Source of the DNA: an uncultured SAR86 cluster bacterium
Lineage (GTDB): Bacteria > Pseudomonadota > Gammaproteobacteria > Magnimaribacterales > D2472
NCBI GenBank assembly: GCA_902630885.1
Contig: CACOWI010000003.1
Location: 64,939-128,938 of the forward strand
DNA: 64,000 bases
Direction: 5' to 3'
Position numbers and translations under genes: made by a program. The notes beneath the pieces were generated by a model. That model searched no databases. It worked only from the letters and a program-made list of their open reading frames with translations, and had not been told where the DNA came from. The first letter of the stretch is position 1. The number at the start of each line of letters is the position of its first letter. This document shows positions 56,298 to 64,000 of the stretch, piece after piece.

Positions 56298-57407
56298 ATG
56301 TCAGATCCCATAAAAGTCTTTGGAAATGTTGGATCTCCTTATACTCAAAAAATCTTATCTTTGCTGAGATATAAAAATATTCCCTACACTGTCTCATGGG
56401 GTGATGTGGTTCAAAATTTGTCTTTTTTGGATATTCAACCTCCAAAGCCACTTTTATTACCAACAATAGTATTAAAAGATAAAAATGGTTCAGACATTTG
56501 TAAAACTGATACAACACCAATAATAAGATATCTTGAAGATATCTATAAAGATAAGTCTGTAATCCCGAATTCATATGTTTTAGGTTTTCTTAATTATTTA
56601 CTAGAGGACTTTGCTGATGAGTGGACAACAAAATACATGTTCCATTACAGATGGTATTTCAATGAAGATGCTGAGAATGCAAAAAAAATGCTAGTTCTTC
56701 AACATAAAATTGATATTGATGATGAATCAATGAACCAATTTAGTAATGTAATTGCAGATAGACAGATTAATAGACTATGGGTTGTAGGATCAAACAATGA
56801 TACTGCAAATCTAATTGATCAAAGTTATAAAAGATATTTACTATTGATGGAAAATCATCTTAAACATTTACCTTTTATGTTTGGACAACGACCCTCATCA
56901 TCAGATTTTGGTTTATATGGTCAACTCACACAACTAGTCGGATTTGATCCCACACCAAGAAATATTGCATACAAAAATTCGCCAAGAACAGTTTCATGGG
57001 TAAATATAATGTCTGATTTATCTGGCTTACATGATAGTGGAGGAATTGGTGAATTCTTTGGAGTAAAAGGTAATAAATCAGATAATAAAAGTAAATTAAA
57101 TTACTTTGATGATAATGATTATGGTTGGATTGATATAGATAATATTCCTGATTCACTTATTCAAATATTTAACGAAGTGGGAAAAGTTTATATTCCTTGT
57201 CTAATTGCAAATGCAAAAGCATATGAAAATGGTGATGAGGTTTGGGAAACGACTATAGATGGTTCAATATGGAAACAAAAAACATTTCCCTATCAAGTAA
57301 AGTGTCTCAATTGGATAAAGGATGAGTTCAATAAATTATCAGCTTATGATAAAAAAACTACTCTAGATATAATTGGCGGAAGTGGTTGTGAAAATATTTT
57401 AGACTGA
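56298..57407 (+). CDS. Long GST-fold protein (369 aa) with extended C-terminal region
   Basis: Thioredoxin-like GST N-domain (IKVFGNVGSPYTQKILSLLRYKNIPY...LPTIVLKD...TDTTPIIRYLE) and GST-C-like segment (LPFMFGQRPSSSDFGLYGQL), then about 140 extra residues. Confidence 0.65.
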   Translation: MSDPIKVFGNVGSPYTQKILSLLRYKNIPYTVSWGDVVQNLSFLDIQPPKPLLLPTIVLKDKNGSDICKTDTTPIIRYLEDIYKDKSVIPNSYVLGFLNYLLEDFADEWTTKYMFHYRWYFNEDAENAKKMLVLQHKIDIDDESMNQFSNVIADRQINRLWVVGSNNDTANLIDQSYKRYLLLMENHLKHLPFMFGQRPSSSDFGLYGQLTQLVGFDPTPRNIAYKNSPRTVSWVNIMSDLSGLHDSGGIGEFFGVKGNKSDNKSKLNYFDDNDYGWIDIDNIPDSLIQIFNEVGKVYIPCLIANAKAYENGDEVWETTIDGSIWKQKTFPYQVKCLNWIKDEFNKLSAYDKKTTLDIIGGSGCENILD

Positions 57408-58358
57408 TTTTTCAGATCTGTAGTGATAAAAGAAAAATATTGTAGAAACAGCTGTTAATAAATGCCAGATTCCATGAGCCTGAATAAGAGAATCTGGGTT
57501 ACAAAATTCTGAATTCGGATTAATAGTTAAATTACCTTGAAGCCATATTAACCAAGCAGCAATGTATGCAGTCATTCCAGCAAAGTACCATATGTATGTT
57601 CTTTTTCCAGTTGGTTTTTTATTAGCTATAAGACCAGGTAACCAAAAAAATATAATCCACCAATACTCACCAATATTTTCAAATACATCAATTGGAAATA
57701 TTCCAAAAATCATTAGCACTAAAAATCCTACGAAACCTGAAATAAATCTCATCCCTGGAGACCAAAATCTATATAAAAATTCACTTATAACCCATAATCC
57801 TATTGATACTCCAAATAAATCTAAACCAATCCCCATACCATAGCCAAATAAGCCTCTTAGTAATGCATAGAGAATAACAATGGAGAAGTATGTGGTTAAG
57901 AGCGTATTTACAGACCAATTAGACATTTTGTAACAGTTATAGAGCCAGGGAAGAATTATGTACATAACCATACTCAAATTATCAGCCCAGCCACCCCACT
58001 CAGTGTTTGTTCCATGCATCATCATTGATCCAGGTCCCAAATAAACAACAGCGACACCATAAAGAATTGTTATTTTATTTAAACCAGAGAATTCATTAAA
58101 AGATGTTTCATTTGTTAACTTATGTAAGATATATAATCCGGCTACCATAAAACCAAGATTAGTTAATGTATTTATAGGTTCTCTAAAAACACCTCCACTA
58201 ACTCTTTCACACCACCTTGATGCTTCACCAATAAGAGCTAATGATTCTGTTGATTGAATTAATTGAAAATAGCTAAGGATATAAAAAACTACTAAAAAAA
58301 TTAAACTTATTATCAATGTAATGCTAAAGGCATTCTCTTTTACGAATAAATTATTCAT
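57399..58358 (-). CDS. CREST-superfamily / alkaline-ceramidase-like 7-TM putative metal-dependent hydrolase
   Basis: About 7 TM. EPINTLTNLGF resembles the ceramidase N-terminal motif. S-x-x-x-H (GSMMMHG), a downstream Asp (WADNLS) and C-terminal H-x-x-x-H (AHGIWHLLT) are present. Confidence 0.55.
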   Translation of the reverse strand: MNNLFVKENAFSITLIISLIFLVVFYILSYFQLIQSTESLALIGEASRWCERVSGGVFREPINTLTNLGFMVAGLYILHKLTNETSFNEFSGLNKITILYGVAVVYLGPGSMMMHGTNTEWGGWADNLSMVMYIILPWLYNCYKMSNWSVNTLLTTYFSIVILYALLRGLFGYGMGIGLDLFGVSIGLWVISEFLYRFWSPGMRFISGFVGFLVLMIFGIFPIDVFENIGEYWWIIFFWLPGLIANKKPTGKRTYIWYFAGMTAYIAAWLIWLQGNLTINPNSEFCNPDSLIQAHGIWHLLTAVSTIFFFYHYRSEKSV

Positions 58359-58378
58359 TTATCATCTTATAAGAATAT

Positions 58379-58405
58379 AAAAATAGGACTTATCATCCTA
58401 TTTTT
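58379..58405 (-). terminator. Intrinsic terminator after the giant gene
   Basis: aaaaatagga / tcctattttt, a 10-bp perfect stem with a 7-nt loop. The T-run is part of and follows the stem on the minus strand. Confidence 0.65.
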
Positions 58406-58419
58406 ATATTATTTTTTTG

Positions 58420-61400
58420 TTATTCTGAGGGTGTTGGATCAAATACAACATCACCATTAACTACTGATGCATTTCCTCCGTTAATAATTGATGTTGGTAA
58501 GGGACCAATAGCTTTACATCGATTCATTTGAGCTCGATGTCCATATCTATTTGGAGGATTATATTCTGTCTGCTCTTCACCATTCTCATCTGTGTAAGTA
58601 CGTGTATACTCGTCACCCATCCAACCTGGATCATCGTATGGTGTAGCTGGTCCATCGTATTCTTCACCATTTTCCTCCGCTCTTGCTTTATCTCGAGCTA
58701 TTTCTTCAGCTCTTTGATTATAATCATATTGAAGTCTTTCTTTGCAATTATTGAATGATGCAGTAACGGTCCAAGCAGCATTATATTCGTCACTTCCATA
58801 TTCTAATGCGTAACAAGCATCCCAATCTGTGGTTGTATAAGTAAAATCTTCTGTATATGTATTACCGTCAGCGTCAGTATATGTCTGCGTTTGTGTTACC
58901 GTTTTTTCTATGTTGCAGTCTCGATATTCATCCTTTCTTTGACTAATTTCAAAATCAACATCAAGGTTTGTTAATAAATCATCTTTTGATTTTAATGCTA
59001 GTAAATCATTCATCGAGCCAATAGCAGAATCTTTTTTACCTAACCACTCTTCACCCCTTAGAGCCTTTACAAGGTATTCATTACCTGATGTATCTGTAAG
59101 CTTTGAACCATCAGGTATAACAAAACGTGCTACCCATCTATATTCATCTTTCCATTGTTCTACGTATTCACCCAAATTTTCACCAGTTTCAATATTTATA
59201 ACATTGCCTGGTATGCCGCCCAGATAATTACCGTGATAATCAAGTCTAAATTTCTTATCTGCATCATTTCCGAACTTTGTAGCATCATTTGGTGCTCTAA
59301 AGAATAATGCTTTTGGTGGATCTAATTCTAATTTTGATCCATCAGCTGCTTTATATATTTCATAATTTTTATCAAGCCTTATATTTAAATTGTATGAAAC
59401 CAATATATCATCATTACCCCACATCTTTTGAGCACAGTATCGCATTTCATTGATTTTCCCATTAGCTTGTGTGTATTCTGGATGGTATTCGTTATAAGTT
59501 TTATTGCCGTTTTCATCAACACTATAATCGCATTCCATATATTGAAGATAAGAATCTTCAACCAACATTCCTGTATTTATTCCCCATTCTGTTTGACGCT
59601 CCCAACCATCAGGATTCGTAAATCTTGCTCCCCTAATTTCATCGCCAGGTCTTGCAATTCCCCAATCTATTCCTGTTTTTAATTCATTTCCAGCAGGGTC
59701 AGTAAAGAGACCATTTGTCACAGTGTATTTAACAACATCGCTTTGTATTATACCGTCCTGCCACTGACCTTTTGTATATGAACGTTGTTCAGTCCATTCA
59801 TCATCAGTACCAGCATTATATGTAACTGTAACATCTTGAGTTGTTTTTATGTATGGGCCAACGTCTGCATATGGTGATGGAGATGCTGATGAGACTGAAC
59901 CTGTGTAAGTAAAATCCCCACCAGGATCAGCTTGTGATTTTACATCTGCATAATGAGCATTTAAATTTGTATACAACAAACATTCACGTATGCAATTTAA
60001 TGATGCTGGCAAATCAGATAGACTTACCCTTGACCATTTAGTTGTAACTATTCCGGCCTCTTTTGTAGATGAATCTGGATTAGCCATTGCTTCATGAGTA
60101 ATTGTATAATCTTGCTGTAATTCATCTGAGTAAAGATCTAAATTTCTATAATCTGTTCTTTCATAACTTTCTCCTTCGTCCCATACTTTCTTCATATGAG
60201 TTGTCCAATCTGATGCTGTGAAAGTGATTGGTGCAGGAAGATCTACTCTTTCATATCGAGGGTTATATTTTAGACCCTCAGTAATTGTAAAAGTTAATGT
60301 CTCAGCATTAAAAGAACCATAATAATCATCGTATACAACTCTATTTGTATCGGGATCATATATGTATAAAGTAGCAGATGATCGTCCTAAAACAGCATTT
60401 ACAGGGTTTGTAAATGATAAGGTGATAGTTTCATCAGCTTGACCTTCAGCTAAATCATCAGATTCAATATTTACAGATATTGTTGCTGATGTTTGGCCAG
60501 CTGGAATAGTAACTGTTCCAGCTTGAAGTGATGAATAGTCGTCAGTACCTGCTGTACTAGTTCCACTGATCGAATAGTCAAAAGTTACAGATGATGACTG
60601 AGCTTTTGATAAACCAACATTAAACGCAGTTGCAGTATTACCTGATGCAGGTTCATTAATTTTAACGTCATCAACAAATACAGTTGCTGGTGGAGTATCA
60701 GATACCCCAAATGTTCCCATAATTTTTGTATACCTGTTGTCTAAATGGTCATAAATATTTACACCACCACTATCAATTATAAATGTGAAGCTATTAGAAC
60801 TATCTAAAAATGATTCAAGCCCTCTAGATATATCACCCCCATCATTATCTCCTTGAGCCAATCCACCAAATCTTGTAAATAAATCTTGAAGTTTTAATTC
60901 CATGCCGGCTGGTCTCTCAATACCACCTAATGTAATTTTAAAATCATATTCATGACCACTATTATTAAAATTGTTCTGACCTAAATCTAGTTGAGTTTGT
61001 GTGTCAAAATCATAGAAAAATGCTTGATAAGATGTACCTCCCCATTCAGCACTTCTATTTCTGCTTGATAAAATCATTTCAGTTCCATCGGAAGTTAACT
61101 CTAACGCACCCTCAACTCTTAAACACATGCCAGTTGTTAAACCAAGATGATCCCAGCTATAAAGGTCTCTTTTTGTTGGAATATTAAATTGTTGATTACA
61201 AAGATAAATTCTTATAAAGTCACTTCTTTCCCAATCATTTGAAGATCCTTCATAACTTGGGAATTCTTCAAATTCCATTGTAAGATTCATAGGTTTACCA
61301 GGATCACTTGAATCGTTTTTGATAATTTTTCTTATGTTATCTTTATCGATTTTTGCTCCAACTAAATCAGCAACATAAGTATTACTTGTCCCTTGATATC

Positions 61401-63009
61401 CATAGATAGCGTAAGTTAGAGGATCGCTAGCATCTCCATTGTTATAATCTGTAAACGTTGCTTTTGAAGATTTAAATTTGATTTTTCCTTCCCAAGGTTC
61501 AACTTTTGGGAAGCCTAACTTCTCGTATTGATCTGACCACCAAGAATCATTAACCCAGAATCTAAAAGCTGCTCCGTCAAGACTATTTAAAGATATAAAA
61601 GATTTTTCTCTTTTATCAATCTCTACAGATTTAACTTTAAGTGTATACTTTTCCTGAGAAGTTTCTCCAGTATCATTCCAGTCATCTCGAACCCATTCTG
61701 TCGAGTCTGTTACATAGTTTTGATATTCTTCGTCGACATGAACGCCCCAATAACTTGCATAACCATGAACTCTTTTATTTTGTTCATCAACTTGAACAGT
61801 TGTTCTAATCGGAAATGATTGATTGTCTGTTTTAAGTGATGAGCCATCAGCATTAAAAACACCATAGTCCCAAATATTTTTAATAGCATCATCTTTGTCT
61901 ATCGAAAAACATTTCTCGTCTGTATCCCATGAGTTGCTATCCCCAAGATATTTTCTTGCATTATCAGTAAGAGTGTAAGGTGTTAATTTTGGACCATTAG
62001 TCTCTTCATCCCATACACTCCAATCAACTTGGTATAATTCCGACATTTTAGTACAGTAGGACTTATCTGCAGCTGATATTCCAAAAGCAAATATTCCTAA
62101 TATGTTAACACTTGAATTTTTAAAGGCTTCAGGCTGACAATTCCACCATGCATCACCATCCCAATTACCCTCTGAGTCAGTAGCAACAGCATCACAACTA
62201 TCATCTCTTAATGATTCGTCCATGAATCCAGTTGAACGAGTATAAATACCGGCAATATTTCCGTTTTCAAAATACTCAGCTACTACATTTTGTTGTGGAG
62301 AGTTATGCAGATCACTTTTAAATTGAATACTTCCACCACTAGCTTTTAATATACCTTTACCAAGATCAGCTCCATCTGAACACCAAGACCATCTATAATC
62401 TTGATCATCAGGATCGGGACATGTGTACCATTGAGGTAAATCTTCTTGGACATTACCAAAAGTTGCCATTTGATATCTTAAAGTAAAATCACCAAACTTA
62501 TTTGTATCACTTACTGGAGCAGTTTGCTCATTAAACAAATATAGAATATTTTTAGGTTCTCTATTTGTTTGCTCATTCCAAGGTTTATCATTTACTAACC
62601 AAGCTTTGGTAGTTTGCATTGTTTCGGTTGTAAATCCGCTATTGAGAATCACCGTATCTATTTCGGGAGCAGTTTCACCAGTTGCAGCAGATGAAGTCGC
62701 AGATGATGATGCTGAATTTGTGGCACTAGATGGTGCTGTTGTACCTTGAGATGAATCAGTTGCAGCCGCAGCAGCTTGTTCACATTCATTCATATAAATA
62801 GTAGCTTTATAAGTTCCATCGCCAGCAAGATCTTCAGTACCCATTCTTGAAAGTGCACAAATTATTGTTTGGGCTTGTTCAAGAACTTCGTTTACACCTT
62901 GACCACTAACATAGTTATCAAATTGGGCATTATCATAATCTGTAGCAGAATTTAAAATTCCACTTAAAAGATAAATGGGTAAAAATAAATTTAATTTTAA
63001 ATATTTCAT
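58420..63009 (-). CDS. Giant exported protein of unknown function (1529 aa) with one Calx-beta module
   Basis: I start at ATG 63009 (MKYLKLNLFLPIYLLSGILNSA signal peptide, SD AAGGA upstream); track start 63036 overlaps the upstream gene. Ala/Ser/Thr linker at about 62662-62775. Calx-beta-like segment at about 60350-60700 (SVTFDYSISGTSTAGTDDYSSLQAGTVTIPAGQTSATISVNIESDDLAEGQADETITLSF). The rest is unrecognised. Confidence 0.8.
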   Translation of the reverse strand: MKYLKLNLFLPIYLLSGILNSATDYDNAQFDNYVSGQGVNEVLEQAQTIICALSRMGTEDLAGDGTYKATIYMNECEQAAAAATDSSQGTTAPSSATNSASSSATSSAATGETAPEIDTVILNSGFTTETMQTTKAWLVNDKPWNEQTNREPKNILYLFNEQTAPVSDTNKFGDFTLRYQMATFGNVQEDLPQWYTCPDPDDQDYRWSWCSDGADLGKGILKASGGSIQFKSDLHNSPQQNVVAEYFENGNIAGIYTRSTGFMDESLRDDSCDAVATDSEGNWDGDAWWNCQPEAFKNSSVNILGIFAFGISAADKSYCTKMSELYQVDWSVWDEETNGPKLTPYTLTDNARKYLGDSNSWDTDEKCFSIDKDDAIKNIWDYGVFNADGSSLKTDNQSFPIRTTVQVDEQNKRVHGYASYWGVHVDEEYQNYVTDSTEWVRDDWNDTGETSQEKYTLKVKSVEIDKREKSFISLNSLDGAAFRFWVNDSWWSDQYEKLGFPKVEPWEGKIKFKSSKATFTDYNNGDASDPLTYAIYGYQGTSNTYVADLVGAKIDKDNIRKIIKNDSSDPGKPMNLTMEFEEFPSYEGSSNDWERSDFIRIYLCNQQFNIPTKRDLYSWDHLGLTTGMCLRVEGALELTSDGTEMILSSRNRSAEWGGTSYQAFFYDFDTQTQLDLGQNNFNNSGHEYDFKITLGGIERPAGMELKLQDLFTRFGGLAQGDNDGGDISRGLESFLDSSNSFTFIIDSGGVNIYDHLDNRYTKIMGTFGVSDTPPATVFVDDVKINEPASGNTATAFNVGLSKAQSSSVTFDYSISGTSTAGTDDYSSLQAGTVTIPAGQTSATISVNIESDDLAEGQADETITLSFTNPVNAVLGRSSATLYIYDPDTNRVVYDDYYGSFNAETLTFTITEGLKYNPRYERVDLPAPITFTASDWTTHMKKVWDEGESYERTDYRNLDLYSDELQQDYTITHEAMANPDSSTKEAGIVTTKWSRVSLSDLPASLNCIRECLLYTNLNAHYADVKSQADPGGDFTYTGSVSSASPSPYADVGPYIKTTQDVTVTYNAGTDDEWTEQRSYTKGQWQDGIIQSDVVKYTVTNGLFTDPAGNELKTGIDWGIARPGDEIRGARFTNPDGWERQTEWGINTGMLVEDSYLQYMECDYSVDENGNKTYNEYHPEYTQANGKINEMRYCAQKMWGNDDILVSYNLNIRLDKNYEIYKAADGSKLELDPPKALFFRAPNDATKFGNDADKKFRLDYHGNYLGGIPGNVINIETGENLGEYVEQWKDEYRWVARFVIPDGSKLTDTSGNEYLVKALRGEEWLGKKDSAIGSMNDLLALKSKDDLLTNLDVDFEISQRKDEYRDCNIEKTVTQTQTYTDADGNTYTEDFTYTTTDWDACYALEYGSDEYNAAWTVTASFNNCKERLQYDYNQRAEEIARDKARAEENGEEYDGPATPYDDPGWMGDEYTRTYTDENGEEQTEYNPPNRYGHRAQMNRCKAIGPLPTSIINGGNASVVNGDVVFDPTPSE

Positions 63010-63013
63010 AATA

Positions 63014-64000
63014 TTAGTCCTTGGTCTCAATAACATCTATAGATAACGGCACCCTGTAGCCAACCTGTTCATTAATGTCAATAATTGTAAAAGTAACATC
63101 TTCAGTAATTTCTGTTGTTCCGTCAGATAAAGTAAATGTAATGGTATAAGAAGATTTTGTTTCAAAATCAGGCGGTGTCTTGAATGTAAGTTCATTTGAT
63201 GAAGATAAATCAAAACTATCAACATCAGTACCCGACATTGATAAAGTTTGTGCTTCTCCATCAACATCAGTTGCCAAGGCAACAGTATAGCTTGGTGATG
63301 AATTCTCCTTAACACTAATAGATGTGCTTATATTTAATGATGGCGGATCATCAACACCACTAACTTTTAGGGATACAGTTCCTGTAGCAGATTTAGAACC
63401 TTGAACAACTGTATAAGTAAATGAATCATCACCGAAATAATTTAAAGTTGGTGTATAAGTAATAATATTACCACTTACAGAAATCGATCCATTGGCTGGC
63501 GATGAAGTTGATGCAATTGAGAATGACTGATTTGGATTAAATGAATCATTTTGAAGCACGTTAAGATTTATAGAAGTATCTTCAACAGCATCAAATAAAT
63601 CATTAACAAGAAGTATACTTGGCTCTATGTCATTAGCTGATAAAGATTGATCGGTAGCAATGTAGTTACCAAGATCATTTATGTATGTATTTTTAAGACC
63701 AGTTACAGCTGTACCGTTAGCAAAAGATTGAATATCGTCTTGAAATGTTGACAGACTGAATCTGACCAGTGAGGTCGTTAAATTATTTGTTGATTTAACC
63801 TGAATATAAGGAAGAACAGAAGATAATGCAGTAGCAATTGAAGATTTTCCATCTTGAGATATTGAAATAGATTTAGCAGTAACAATATTTTCGACTACAT
63901 TTGTTAAAAATTCGTTATCTTCAATATCAACTCTTTCAGCCGAACTTGCATATTTTTTTTCCAACTCTTCACTTATAGCTTTAAAATAATCTTTTGAATT
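63014..64000 (-). CDS. Cadherin/Ig-like repeat surface protein, C-terminal part (open to the right window edge)
   Basis: The frame stays open upstream of the track's TTG 63964 (NSKDYFKAISEELEKKY...), so the gene is truncated by the window. Adhesin-type repeat VNDLFDAVEDTSINLNVLQNDS...ANGSISVSGNIITYTPTLNYFGDDSFTYTV, and a cadherin-like repeat ending FTIIDINE. Confidence 0.75.
   Translation of the reverse strand, partial: NSKDYFKAISEELEKKYASSAERVDIEDNEFLTNVVENIVTAKSISISQDGKSSIATALSSVLPYIQVKSTNNLTTSLVRFSLSTFQDDIQSFANGTAVTGLKNTYINDLGNYIATDQSLSANDIEPSILLVNDLFDAVEDTSINLNVLQNDSFNPNQSFSIASTSSPANGSISVSGNIITYTPTLNYFGDDSFTYTVVQGSKSATGTVSLKVSGVDDPPSLNISTSISVKENSSPSYTVALATDVDGEAQTLSMSGTDVDSFDLSSSNELTFKTPPDFETKSSYTITFTLSDGTTEITEDVTFTIIDINEQVGYRVPLSIDVIETKD

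Noticed and set aside
62662-62775. Ala/Ser/Thr-rich stretch of the giant gene as a possible tandem DNA repeat or hypervariable (DGR-like) target
   Set aside because: At the nucleotide level it is imperfect low complexity without a defined repeat unit. There is no template repeat or reverse transcriptase in the window. It is best read as an interdomain linker.
1-64000. Search for tRNA/rRNA/ncRNA genes, CRISPR arrays, IS elements, integrases, prophage genes, toxin-antitoxin pairs or known defence systems
   Set aside because: No intergenic gap exceeds about 190 nt. None contains a GC-rich 70-90-nt segment with cloverleaf potential. No direct-repeat arrays were seen, and no ORF has transposase, integrase, nuclease-helicase defence or TA hallmarks. 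Riboswitch-sized leaders are absent, apart from the rne leader. An absence judged by eye is not proof.

Overview
This is a 64-kb chromosomal segment from a very AT-rich, very gene-dense Gammaproteobacterium (roughly 95% coding by eye). Gene order follows well-known E. coli/Pseudomonas housekeeping blocks: rne<>rluC, rpmF-fabD-fabG-acpP-mltG-tmk-holB, mfd-gap-nqrABCDEF-apbE-nqrM, purB-mnmA, and icd-clpS-clpA><infA. I therefore read it as a streamlined marine lineage. SAR86-like is only a guess.

I call 61 CDS, two of them cut by the window edges, plus a few hairpin terminators. I see no rRNA or tRNA, no CRISPR, no transposase, integrase or phage genes, and no recognisable defence system. Positions 1-38 kb are core housekeeping. 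Positions 38-64 kb are more accessory: four exported proteins, a cysK/cysE block, a hydrolase/glutathione-transferase island and giant exported proteins.

Best candidates for something undescribed:
- (i) 49.2-57.4 kb: two back-to-back, essentially gap-free operons. They combine four glutathione-transferase-fold genes, two haloalkane-dehalogenase-like hydrolases, an MBL hydrolase, a DUF1330 protein, an unknown membrane protein and a nitronate-monooxygenase-like flavoenzyme.
- (ii) 57.4-64 kb: a cadherin-repeat protein translationally coupled to a 1529-aa orphan exported protein with one Calx-beta module, next to a CREST/alkaline-ceramidase-like membrane hydrolase.
- (iii) An adjacent acyl-CoA dehydrogenase pair that looks like a catalytic/non-catalytic heteromer.
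- (iv) A minimal RNase E without the Zn-link, overlapping tail-to-tail a NudC whose zinc ribbon is degenerate.

All calls come from motif and colinearity recognition by eye. No searches or computations were run, and nothing here proves a new system.
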